Of a stretch of 64,000 nucleotides of DNA, positions 46,803 to 56,033 are shown piece after piece. Each line of letters begins with the position of its first letter. Within the stretch, counting starts at the first letter, position 1. A program made the translations under genes and the position numbers. The stretch is from contig CALJVH010000013.1 of assembly GCA_937974645.1 (NCBI GenBank), forward strand, positions 10,897 to 74,896, given 5' to 3'. The stretch is from an uncultured archaeon (GTDB taxonomy: Archaea; Thermoproteota; Nitrososphaeria_A; Caldarchaeales; Wolframiiraptoraceae). The notes beneath the pieces are model-generated. The model worked only from the letters and a program-made list of their open reading frames with translations. It was not told the DNA's origin and ran no database searches.

Positions 46803-48484
46803 CTCTTTATCAGCGCGCGCACCTTCTCCCTAAACTCTAGCGGGTTCCTAGGCAGTATAAGCGGGGCTAGAACCCTAGCATACCTCGCATCCATCGCTTC
46901 CTCGATAACTTTCACATCACCAATTCTAGCATAACCATCAATGATCCCGGAGATGAACGTTTCCTCTTGCTCGGGCTTCAAGTACCTAGCCGAGTAATAT
47001 ATGAACTCCGCTAAATCCCACGCATATGAAGTATCATAGGAGCATTGCTCGAGATCAACAACATAAAGCTTGCCATCCGATGAGAAGAGGAAGCTAGAGG
47101 GATTGCAGTCCCCAAGGCATATTCTATTCCCATGAATCCTCGCAAGAAGCTCTCCAACTTCCTGAGCATGTCTCCCAAGATCCATATCTGATGAATTTCT
47201 CAAGGCCTTCATCATGTCGAAGCCTTCTACGAATCTTTGGAATAATGTTCTTCCAGACCAGTTTACATGAAGTATTTCCGCGGTATTAAAGCCGGACTCC
47301 ATCAACTTGTTTACGAAGTATATTTCATTGCTCATTCTGACTGAGGCGAGGAAGGAGAAGTTCTTTACACCGATCGCCCAGAGCCAGGCCGCAACCCACT
47401 TGAAATCCGTCCAGTTAAGATACTTCTTCGCGAAGATCTTTACCCGAGAATCATCTAGAGGGAACTCCACGACGTATGCCGAGTTCAGGACGCTCGCCGC
47501 CTTCCTAATCCTAATCTTGCCCGGCTCAACGCCATAAACTCTCTCGATGAACTCTCTGAATCCAAGCTCCACATGCAGCTGCTGAGGGCCTAAAGCAGTT
47601 TCCCTCGCAATGTACTTCAATGGATCTGGAAGCTTTACGGGTTTTAGGATTATGGGGTCAAAAGCCAGCTCCACAAGCGACTCTATTGGTGATGATAAAC
47701 TAGCACTAAGATATAGCTTAAATGAGTGCTCAAGCTCTCTTGAAAGCTTTAGGATTGAGAGAGACCTGGATAAAGTTGAGATCACGTATTCCTCGCTAGG
47801 CATGTAGAATCCAGCCCTCTTGAAGAGAATGCCCCGAGAAACGAGAGCATCTAATGCTCGCTCACACCCGGGAAGGACGGAATTAAGAGACTCAGCAAGA
47901 TGATTATGAAAGCATGATCTAACAAGCCTCCTAATCGGCAGATAAATCGTGGAAAGCTTCCTAAGCTTGTCAAATAGGAAATACTCGGCTCTTATCAGAA
48001 GATGGCTCGATGCAAGCCTATAATCGAGGATCAGGTTCTGAAGAGACTCCAGAATCACGTGCTTCTTGTACTCTACCTCCAACTCGGCCACGGGCAGGCT
48101 CTTCAACGTCAGCTTATACGGGAAAAGTAGGAGCGATGCTATGGCCCCGCCAAAACTCTCCTCCTTACAATCCATCATGAAATTATCTTCACCAACTATA
48201 ATCACGAGATCCATGCTCCTATATTCTTTGAACTTCTGAAACCTTGGTGGAGAATCATCTCCTAAAATGATCAGCATCTGGTAAGGTTCATCCTCATAAC
48301 CGAGGGCTATTGCTCCATGCACACTTATAGACCTTACACTCTTCACATCCAGCTTCAAACAGCCTAGCACTTGTTCAACAACCTCGTTCAAATGCTTCTC
48401 AGACAATTTTCTCTTCAGAATATCAGTTGGCGCTTGAATTAATTTTCTTCGCGCAATCTTTATTTCTTCAACCTCCCGTATCAT
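46799..48484 (-). CDS. Large hypothetical protein with C-terminal atypical kinase-like domain (Bud32/RIO/APH-like)
   Basis: C-terminal IHGNRICLGDCNPSSFLFSSDGKLYVVDLEQ resembles the HGDxxxxNxx...DFE catalytic/metal-binding loops. Confidence 0.35.
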   Translation of the reverse strand: MIREVEEIKIARRKLIQAPTDILKRKLSEKHLNEVVEQVLGCLKLDVKSVRSISVHGAIALGYEDEPYQMLIILGDDSPPRFQKFKEYRSMDLVIIVGEDNFMMDCKEESFGGAIASLLLFPYKLTLKSLPVAELEVEYKKHVILESLQNLILDYRLASSHLLIRAEYFLFDKLRKLSTIYLPIRRLVRSCFHNHLAESLNSVLPGCERALDALVSRGILFKRAGFYMPSEEYVISTLSRSLSILKLSRELEHSFKLYLSASLSSPIESLVELAFDPIILKPVKLPDPLKYIARETALGPQQLHVELGFREFIERVYGVEPGKIRIRKAASVLNSAYVVEFPLDDSRVKIFAKKYLNWTDFKWVAAWLWAIGVKNFSFLASVRMSNEIYFVNKLMESGFNTAEILHVNWSGRTLFQRFVEGFDMMKALRNSSDMDLGRHAQEVGELLARIHGNRICLGDCNPSSFLFSSDGKLYVVDLEQCSYDTSYAWDLAEFIYYSARYLKPEQEETFISGIIDGYARIGDVKVIEEAMDARYARVLAPLILPRNPLEFREKVRALIKR

Positions 48485-49821
48485 TGACCAGCTTGGAGCC
48501 GGAGAAGATTTGTAAGTACATCATCTCGGAGGCCATTAAGCGAGGCGCGACTGATGCCGTTGCTGAGGTTTATGCTGGGCTGGAGCGCATGATCAAGTTC
48601 GCTAACAACGAGGTAGTCATCACCGAAAACCGGGTCATGAGCACTATCGACATATTCGTCATTGTAGGGGGGAGAAGAGCGGCTGCCTCAATTGAGGGAT
48701 TCCATCTTCAAAAGGTGAAGGAAGCCGTGGAACAGGCCATTAAGCTCGCGAAACTCGCAGCTCCAGCCGAGATATATGTACCACTTCCTAAAGGCCCTTT
48801 CAGGTACGATGAGAGACTATTGAGAGAGCCGATGATCAGAGGTGATCCCGACTTGCTCATAGATGCGGTTAACGCGGCGATGAATGCGGCTCTGTCTCAA
48901 GGCGCTGAGAAGACTGCGGGGAGCCTCGTTTACTCACGTGGGAAAACTTGGCTTATGACGAGTGGAGACGCTTATGGAAGCTATGAGGGGTCTGCGATAG
49001 AGCTCTCGATTCGAGCACTTGCATCCGATGGATCATCGGGCCAATTCGTCTCTGTAGCCGCTAGAAGAGAAGACTTCGACCCCGAGGAAGCCGGTAGGAT
49101 TGCTGGCGAGCATGCGGTTCTCGCGAAAAATCCGACCGAAATTGATGCGGGAAGATATGAATGCCTCTTAGGACCGATGACGCTTGCAAATTTAATCGAG
49201 GAGGTTGGTGACTCGGCCTCAGCATTTCATGTAGACTCGGGTCTATCTTTCCTAGCCGGAAAGCTAGGGGAGCGAGTCTCATCAAGTATCCTCACGCTGA
49301 TTGACGATCCGACAATCCCGGGAACCTACGGCGCCTGCCCCTTCGATAATGAAGGAGTCCCAACTAGAAGAAAAACGATAATCCATCAAGGCATTCTCAT
49401 GACGTATCTCCATAACTCAATGACCGCGAAGAAGTTTAACGCCGAGACCACGGCGAATGCGGGCTTAATAGTACCTCATCCATTCAATCTAATCGTAGAG
49501 GGGGGCGGCGAGAGTCTAGAGAAGCTCATATCAGACATCGATGACGGGATTTATATCACCAACGATTGGTATCTCAGATACCAGAATCGGCAAACAGGGG
49601 ATTTCTCAACAATTCCGAGAGACGCAATCCTCAGGATAAGGAAGGGCGGAATAGATGGGGCTGTAAAAAACATCCGAATAAGCGACAACATGCTCAGAAT
49701 CCTGCAGAACATCCGTAAACTTGGAGGGAAAAAATATTGGATAACTTGGTGGGAGGTCGAAACACCTGTCTATGCCTGCCATGCGCTCATAAACGAGGTG
49801 AACTTCACAAGACCGCTTTAA
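48427..49821 (+). CDS. TldD/PmbA-family metallopeptidase (U62). Annotated start probably too far upstream.
   Basis: PmbA/TldD core blocks (GDSASAFHVDSG, DDPTIPGTYGACPFDNEG). Confidence 0.7.
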   Translation: MALELIFFAQSLFLQPPVSLTSLEPEKICKYIISEAIKRGATDAVAEVYAGLERMIKFANNEVVITENRVMSTIDIFVIVGGRRAAASIEGFHLQKVKEAVEQAIKLAKLAAPAEIYVPLPKGPFRYDERLLREPMIRGDPDLLIDAVNAAMNAALSQGAEKTAGSLVYSRGKTWLMTSGDAYGSYEGSAIELSIRALASDGSSGQFVSVAARREDFDPEEAGRIAGEHAVLAKNPTEIDAGRYECLLGPMTLANLIEEVGDSASAFHVDSGLSFLAGKLGERVSSSILTLIDDPTIPGTYGACPFDNEGVPTRRKTIIHQGILMTYLHNSMTAKKFNAETTANAGLIVPHPFNLIVEGGGESLEKLISDIDDGIYITNDWYLRYQNRQTGDFSTIPRDAILRIRKGGIDGAVKNIRISDNMLRILQNIRKLGGKKYWITWWEVETPVYACHALINEVNFTRPL

Positions 49822-49875
49822 CTCCATTTGTGAGCCGGAAAAAATAAAAATCCCTAAGATGAGATTTAGGTGCAA

Positions 49876-49976
49876 GCCCCGGTAGCTCAGGCTGGTTAGA
49901 GCGCCGGCTTGGTAACCTTCACAAGAAAGGGCCTAGAGAGCCGGAATGGTCGTGGGTTCAAATCCCACCCGGGGCT
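49876..49976 (+). tRNA. tRNA-Thr(GGU) with 24-nt canonical 37/38 intron
   Basis: GCCCCGG-UA-GCUC-AGGCUGGUUA-GAGC-G-CCGGC-UUGGUA^A-GCCGG, var AAUGGUC, T-arm GUGGG-UUCAAAU-CCCAC, acceptor CCGGGGC, discriminator U. Confidence 0.7.
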
Positions 49977-49995
49977 AAATTGCCCTTCAGCCGCC

Positions 49996-51078
49996 TCATG
50001 TTGCAGGCGTGAAGCAAAAGGAAGGGGGAGAGGGTTTGTTGGGCGGCGCTTCGCCATCTTCCACTAGTCCGCGTTTTTTGAGGCGTTCTTCGAGCCGTTG
50101 CTGTTTTCTTCGTATTGTGAACCCTATTAGTTGGTAGAACTTTAGCCTGCTTCGCGCTCTAACATAAAGAATGTAGACGTCCCCCTTCCTTACATACGTC
50201 CTCCCCATGTCCCTGTTGTAAAGGGGCGTCCCCTTCTCTTTCCGTACGTATGCTGTTGTTTCGACCCCCAGACCATGTAAGAGCCTCTGAACGTATTCGA
50301 TGAGCCGGATATCTGTATTGGCGCATTGAAGAATTTCCCCACCTCTGCTCACAGATCCCTCGCTGTCGAAGAATCCCCTCAGGAAGCTTCGTATGCACTC
50401 CTCTGAATGCTCAACGAATGGCTTTATCCTTTCTACGTCTATGGGCTTCCTGAGCATGTCGTAGAGTGCCCTCGAATAAACCCTTACCATAAACGACCCA
50501 TCCTTTCTTGGCATCGGCCTCGGCGGATCCCTGCCGAGAACCTTCCCCAAGCATCTCGCAAACTCCTCCACGAACTCCACATCCTTGGCCTTCACGCTGA
50601 TCACGTACTGGCCGCTTTTCCTGCTATTCTTACATGCCGTCCCGTCTCCGGCAACGACGCCTATGACATATGAGAGCTCGGGTGACGGCTTCAAGAATTT
50701 AATGGACGGAATCCTGCATCCATTAAGTGGATTGTGGATTCCCCTACACCAGTGGCAGATCGTGGCGGGGTTCAACCTAATCCCGTAGATCTCCTCGACC
50801 ATCCTCCCTATCCTCCTGTGTCCGAGGCCCTGCCCCCTCAGCTCCAGAACCCTATGATATATCTCGATCCTCAGATCTCGCGGGAGATATTCTCCACGCC
50901 TCTTCACCCTATCAGGGAAGAGCTTATAATACCAGTACTCGACGGCTTTCCTCGAAACATCCACCCCATCTTCCCGCAGCATCCTCCAAGCCATCGTATA
51001 CCCATATCCTCGCTGAACAGCTACCCTCAAGGCCTTCAAAACCCTCCACCTCACATCAGGCGGCATTCCTCGAGGCAT
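49996..51078 (-). CDS. Double-motif LAGLIDADG-family protein (endonuclease fold) with a 140-aa N-terminal basic, possibly DNA-binding, extension
   Basis: Motif 1 LSYVIGVVAGDGTA and motif 2 FLRGFFDSEGSVS, each followed by the expected helix. Intact 360-aa ORF immediately 3' of tRNA-Thr. Confidence 0.75.
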   Translation of the reverse strand: MPRGMPPDVRWRVLKALRVAVQRGYGYTMAWRMLREDGVDVSRKAVEYWYYKLFPDRVKRRGEYLPRDLRIEIYHRVLELRGQGLGHRRIGRMVEEIYGIRLNPATICHWCRGIHNPLNGCRIPSIKFLKPSPELSYVIGVVAGDGTACKNSRKSGQYVISVKAKDVEFVEEFARCLGKVLGRDPPRPMPRKDGSFMVRVYSRALYDMLRKPIDVERIKPFVEHSEECIRSFLRGFFDSEGSVSRGGEILQCANTDIRLIEYVQRLLHGLGVETTAYVRKEKGTPLYNRDMGRTYVRKGDVYILYVRARSRLKFYQLIGFTIRRKQQRLEERLKKRGLVEDGEAPPNKPSPPSFCFTPAT

Positions 51079-51250
51079 CCTCCCACATCACCTCCACGAT
51101 GGAGATATGCGATGGACTCATCCAGAAACATCTGATATATGTAGAGGTCTAGGGATGCTTGGAGGGGTGTGGCGCGGAGCCTGATGGGCAAAGCCGCATC
51201 CACCAACAAAAACAATGCAATTAGGAGGAATATAAGCGGGGAGGGGTCGG

Positions 51251-51287
51251 GTGAAAATGGATGTCGCGGGTTCAAGGCCCGCCCGGG
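51251..51287 (+). repeat. Imperfect direct repeat of the tRNA-Thr 3' half (T-arm plus acceptor) with compensatory T-stem substitutions. Putative att-like duplication bounding a 1.3-kb insertion.
   Basis: aatggatgtcgcgggttcaaggcccgcccggggct versus tRNA aatggtcgtgggttcaaatcccacccggggct (GUGGG/CCCAC changed to GCGGG/CCCGC). Confidence 0.5.
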
Positions 51288-52217
51288 GCTCATTATATGA
51301 ATTCCGTGAATGAAATTAAGGAAAAAAGTAAAGGAAGGTTAAGTAGCATTTCAGCATCCATTATTCATAGTGACGCAGATATTGGATGAGTTGGATAAGT
51401 TCATGAGCACCCAAATGGGCCAGAGCATCTTCGCGCTTCAAGTCGAAGATGCAGATCTGGAGAGGCTGAGGAAGACATGAAAGCTATGTTGCTTATTCTG
51501 CTCGATACCTGTTGAAAGGCTATTACATCTACAAGGGGCACGCGCTCAAGATGCAGAGTCCAGTGATAACGTTGGTCGAGAGGCTGGGAGATGTTGCAAA
51601 CGTCGAAAAAGATCTGCTCATCCGCCTCTCAAACCTCTTCGTAATGCACGAAAAAATTCTAGGCCTAGAAAGCTTAATTATGCTCGCACGCTTCCCAAGG
51701 TGGGGCCTTGACCTGCCGGCGCGCGTTCCAGGGGGTAAAATTCGAATGGAAGTTGAAAGATTTAGAGGGCGACGTGGAGTATTGAGTGGTTGGGAAGAGG
51801 GATGAGAAATCCGGCTATTTTACAGTTTTATTCGATGTAAGGATGGATAAGAGGAGAGGTGTCAGTACGATAGACTTCGAGGTCTTCGGATTTTCTAGGC
51901 ATGTGGTTGAAGGCATGGGATGGAAGACCTTAGAGGACGCGATAATGGCCCTGAAAGAGTAGATAGTGGAGATGAAGATATCGGCTCTAGGATGTCATGT
52001 TAAGTGAAATCCACGGATAAGAAAGAGGTAAAGGAGAAGCTCTTGGAGCTTATGAGAGCTTTCGGCTAGTCCCTCGATTAAGGAGCGGCGGTAATAGCAA
52101 CAGTCCTGCTTTTCAGAAAGGCCTCTTAGGAGGAGAAAGATGGATTACTAGAGAGTGCGATGCCGTTAAAAGCGAGAAGCTTGATTTTTATTATCGCCAT
52201 ATGTTCTTTTTGGTGGC

Positions 52218-52958
52218 TTGAAGGGCGCTGTTATCGTTATTCCGACTTATAATGAGGCTGAGAATGTTCGATGGCTTGTCCCAGCGATTCTGGATTCTCT
52301 TGAGGGTGCTGGCTGGAGGGCTGTGGTCTTGGTTGTAGACGACTCAAGCCCTGATGGTACGGCTGATGTTGTTCGCGGGATTGCTACTCTTCGCCCGGGG
52401 ATAGACTTGCTTCAGAGGCCTGGGAAGCTGGGCATAGGATCAGCGTACATTGATGGTTTTAGGAGGGCTTTGGAAGAGTATGGTTGGGCGGAGTATGTTT
52501 GCGAGATGGATGCTGATGGAAGCCATCCGCCAGAGACCCTGCTCGAGATGCTCGAGCATGCTGAGCACTCCGGAGCTGATGTCGTGATCGGTTCTAGGTA
52601 TGTTCCGGGCGGTGGGTGGGTTGAGGGCCCTATACATCGTGTCTTGGTAAGTCGTGGTGCTAACCTACTGGCGAGAATTTCAACCGGTGTCGAGGTTAGA
52701 GATGCCACATCCGGCTTCAGGGTTATCAGGACCTCTGCCCTCCGGAGGGTGATAGATCGGTTGAATGCCCTCTGGTCTGGATACATTTTCCAAGTTCAGC
52801 TACTCTACCTGCTCCATGAGGCTGGGTGCAGGATTGAGGAGCATCCTCTCAGGTTTCTTCCACGTAGAGCTGGGAAATCTAAGCTCGGGACGTGCGAGAT
52901 CGCGCGCTATGCATCCTGGTGCTTGAGAATAATCCTTGGGAGGATTATGAAGGGATGA
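52218..52958 (+). CDS. GT2 glycosyltransferase, dolichyl-phosphate mannose/glucose synthase-like. TTG start.
   Basis: VIVIPTYNEAENV, VVDDSSPDGT and DADGSH (DxD) motifs. Confidence 0.8.
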   Translation: MKGAVIVIPTYNEAENVRWLVPAILDSLEGAGWRAVVLVVDDSSPDGTADVVRGIATLRPGIDLLQRPGKLGIGSAYIDGFRRALEEYGWAEYVCEMDADGSHPPETLLEMLEHAEHSGADVVIGSRYVPGGGWVEGPIHRVLVSRGANLLARISTGVEVRDATSGFRVIRTSALRRVIDRLNALWSGYIFQVQLLYLLHEAGCRIEEHPLRFLPRRAGKSKLGTCEIARYASWCLRIILGRIMKG

Positions 52959-53935
52959 GGAGGCTTAGGGATCTCGGTGAAAGGGAGCTCGTGGACTGGA
53001 TAAGCAGGAGGCTCGATGAGTGCGAGGGAGCATCACTTCCGCCTGGCGATGATGCGGCTGACATGCTATTCGAGGGAAGGCTCATCGTGTCATGCGATAT
53101 GCTCGCGGAGTCAACGGATGTGCCCGAGGGGATGAGCCTCAAAGATGTCGGGTTTAAGGCCATAACCGCCGCGACGAGCGATGTGGCGGCGAAGGGCGGC
53201 TCTCCGATAGCATATCTCATCTCGCTGATGCTTCCCGAAGACATGTTCGTGGAGGAGTTTCAGGAACTTTGGGCGGGGTTAGAGGAGGCGGCACACTTCT
53301 ATGGCGGGAGAATCATAGGGGGAGACCTGAACTCCGGCGGGGAAATAATCATAGATGTCATGTGTATGGGGAGGGCTACTCAAACGATCTCAAGGGTTGG
53401 GGCTAGGCCGGGAGACATATTGGCTGTAACCGGTGAGTTCGGCTCGCAGGCGGCAGGTCTTCACGCGCTACTCAGCGGTAGGAGAGGCGACCCGCTCTCT
53501 GAGAAGGTGATCAGGAGCTTTTCAAAACCCGTTGCGAGGGTCAGGGAGGGTGTGGAGCTCGCGAGAACAGGGGCCGCATCTTCGGCAATAGATTCGAGTG
53601 ATGGATTAGCGAAATCCCTATATGAGCTATGGAGGTTCAATAATGTGGGCTTTATAGTCGATGAGCCGCCGGTAAGTCGTGAAGCCGAAGAGTATGCCGA
53701 AAGATATGATGTGAACCTCTTCGACCTCGTATTTTACGGTGGTGAGGAATATGAGCTCGTTCTAACAATAAAGCCAGCCCTATTAGACGTGGCGCGTGAG
53801 TCGGTCGAGAAGATCGGGGGAAGGCTGATAATCATAGGTAGGGCGTCAGAAGATAAGGTGATAAGGGTCAAGTGGGGGGATGAGTGGAGGATACTCGAGG
53901 ATAGAGGCTACCAGCATTTCACCACGAAGTTATAG
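52955..53935 (+). CDS. thiL: Thiamine-monophosphate kinase (PurM-like fold). ORF begins at 52892; the probable start is MRRLRDL at 52955.
   Basis: GDDAA motif, AITAATSDVAAKGGSPIAYLISL, GGDLNSGGEIIID. Confidence 0.65.
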   Translation: MRRLRDLGERELVDWISRRLDECEGASLPPGDDAADMLFEGRLIVSCDMLAESTDVPEGMSLKDVGFKAITAATSDVAAKGGSPIAYLISLMLPEDMFVEEFQELWAGLEEAAHFYGGRIIGGDLNSGGEIIIDVMCMGRATQTISRVGARPGDILAVTGEFGSQAAGLHALLSGRRGDPLSEKVIRSFSKPVARVREGVELARTGAASSAIDSSDGLAKSLYELWRFNNVGFIVDEPPVSREAEEYAERYDVNLFDLVFYGGEEYELVLTIKPALLDVARESVEKIGGRLIIIGRASEDKVIRVKWGDEWRILEDRGYQHFTTKL

Positions 53936-54444
53936 TAGTAGAGGATCGCGGCTATCGTCTTCGCATCCTTTATCTCGCCCCTCCTAATGGATTCTAAAGC
54001 CTCCTCCAACCCCAGCTCCACGACCGACAGGTCCTCATCCATCTCGAGGCTCTGCGCGCCCCTTCTTAAGCCCCTCGCCAAGTAAACGTAAAGCCTCTCG
54101 CTACTGTATCCCGGGCATGGATATATCGTGAGCAGATGGAGGAGCTCATCGGCGACATACCCCGTCTCCTCCTCTAGCTCCCTTCTCGCGCAGACCTCTG
54201 GATCCTCGCCGGGCCTAAGAGTTCCAGCCGGAATCTCGAAAATATACTCGCTGATGGGATGTCTATACTGCCTGACGAAAATGACCTTTCCCTTGGAAGT
54301 AATCGGGATTATGGCCGAAGCTCCTGAGTGAACCACTATTTCCCGGGTAAACCTCTTACCCGATGGAAGCTCGATAAGCTCCTTCCTCAGAGACACGGCC
54401 TTACCCTCATAAACTTGCTCACTCGAAACAACTTTCACCTGCAT
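53908..54444 (-). CDS. NUDIX hydrolase (ADP-ribose pyrophosphatase-like)
   Basis: Nudix box GEDPEVCARRELEEETGY. Confidence 0.8.
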   Translation of the reverse strand: MQVKVVSSEQVYEGKAVSLRKELIELPSGKRFTREIVVHSGASAIIPITSKGKVIFVRQYRHPISEYIFEIPAGTLRPGEDPEVCARRELEEETGYVADELLHLLTIYPCPGYSSERLYVYLARGLRRGAQSLEMDEDLSVVELGLEEALESIRRGEIKDAKTIAAILYYYNFVVKCW

Positions 54445-55038
54445 CTCCCCGAAGCACTACTTAAAATAACCCCTGATTTAAACCAACTCTCTTAATGAGA
54501 GTTAGGTAAATATGATGTAAGATTTCAAGGTATGCATTCATTTAAGCTTCACGATTCAAAGATTATTCAAATAATATTTTAGACTTAATATTTGGACTCT
54601 TTAGTCTGAAGATTTTTCAGAAAGGCACTATTATACCTTAAAAAATATCTTAACTAATATGCCACCAATTGTCTTCTAGGGTATCACAACAATTTAGTCG
54701 ATATATGAGAAAAATGAGGCAAAACTTTTTTTCTTTACGCAGGCTCTTAAGCATAGTACTAGTGGTACTAATTTGCGCTTGGTCGAGTGCCTCAATCCTC
54801 CTTATCGCAACGAGCGATTGGCCCAATATGCAGAACCCCCAGAAGCCATCCACAAGCGCTAGGGAGTAATTTACACTTGCGTAGAGTGAGCCCAGCCAAC
54901 GACCCTGCATCAAGTTGATCTTTGTTAAGCTCGTTTATGCCGGCTAAGAGAATCATAAAAGGCAGAAAAGTACTAAGTAATAAGCCTGCGAACCAGAATA
55001 GCCTGATCATAATATACCAACTTAGATATGCCGCTCAA

Positions 55039-55692
55039 TCACTTATCGAGTGAAGACTGAAAGTCCTTCAGCCCACTCCTCCCGTCGTTCAGAAACCTCT
55101 CAGCGAAGTGTATGCTTTGGCTGTAGAAGCTTCTCTCGACGTTCCTAGCCTCTTCAACCCGCCTCATATACCACTCGGTGATAAAGAGAAGCGGAAGGAT
55201 CAGGAAGATAGTAATGAGCCCAGTTAGTAAATTGAGCTGCATCATGGCCGCGAGCGAGGCTAACATCATTAAGAAATTCGGTAGAATTATGGTAAGGCTC
55301 GTCGAGTTGTTCCAGATCGCAAAGTCGACATCGCTCACAACCCTCCCTACAATGTCTCTAGAGTCAAGTACTATAGGGCTTATGCGGTTTATGATGTTCT
55401 TCTTAATCTTTACAATTCCTTCGGCCATATATTGCCAAAAGGGCTTTAGAAGTCATTCGCTAGTTAAGGCGGCAACTGCCACTATTCCGAGTGACAGTAG
55501 CCCGTGGTTAAGTAATTTCTCGTTAATTGGTGAAGAGCTTAAGGCCATCACCACATCTCTTAAGATTAATGGAAGCATCGTACCGAGAGCGATGGACCTG
55601 ATGAGATATGCCGCCGAGATGGGGACGAGCCCTTTAAGGGCATTCCCTCGTCCGATACCTTTAAACATGAATCTTGTAGTAATCACAAACAT
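55039..55692 (-). pseudogene. Fragments of an ABC exporter transmembrane domain (two short ORFs) in a low-GC stretch
   Basis: ORFs 55453..55692 and 55039..55428 resemble the N-terminal TM helices and coupling region of type I ABC exporters. No ATPase domain follows. Confidence 0.35.
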
Positions 55693-56033
55693 ATCAGCAA
55701 TCTTCAGAGTTATCTATGAAGATGTAACCTAAAATCAACTATTTTAGGATAGCTAAGTCAAGGTTGGAAGAAATAAAATTCGCCTAGCAAGCCTCTTGCG
55801 CCGCGAGGCTAGAACTTTTGAGTCGAAGATGGCAAAGACCGCTATTAATGTGAGTAGAGATGATGTATGGCGCTCACTAAGCAGGTCATAAGTTACACGT
55901 TAGCAAAACAGTATCGGAGCCTGCGAAATCGTTCATCGAGACATAGATTCATAAAAATGGGCTTCTGATATAGACGTTGTTATTGAGATTGGCAGAGACT
56001 CTTGAAGGAGGCAAAGAAGTTAGTGATTTTTGG

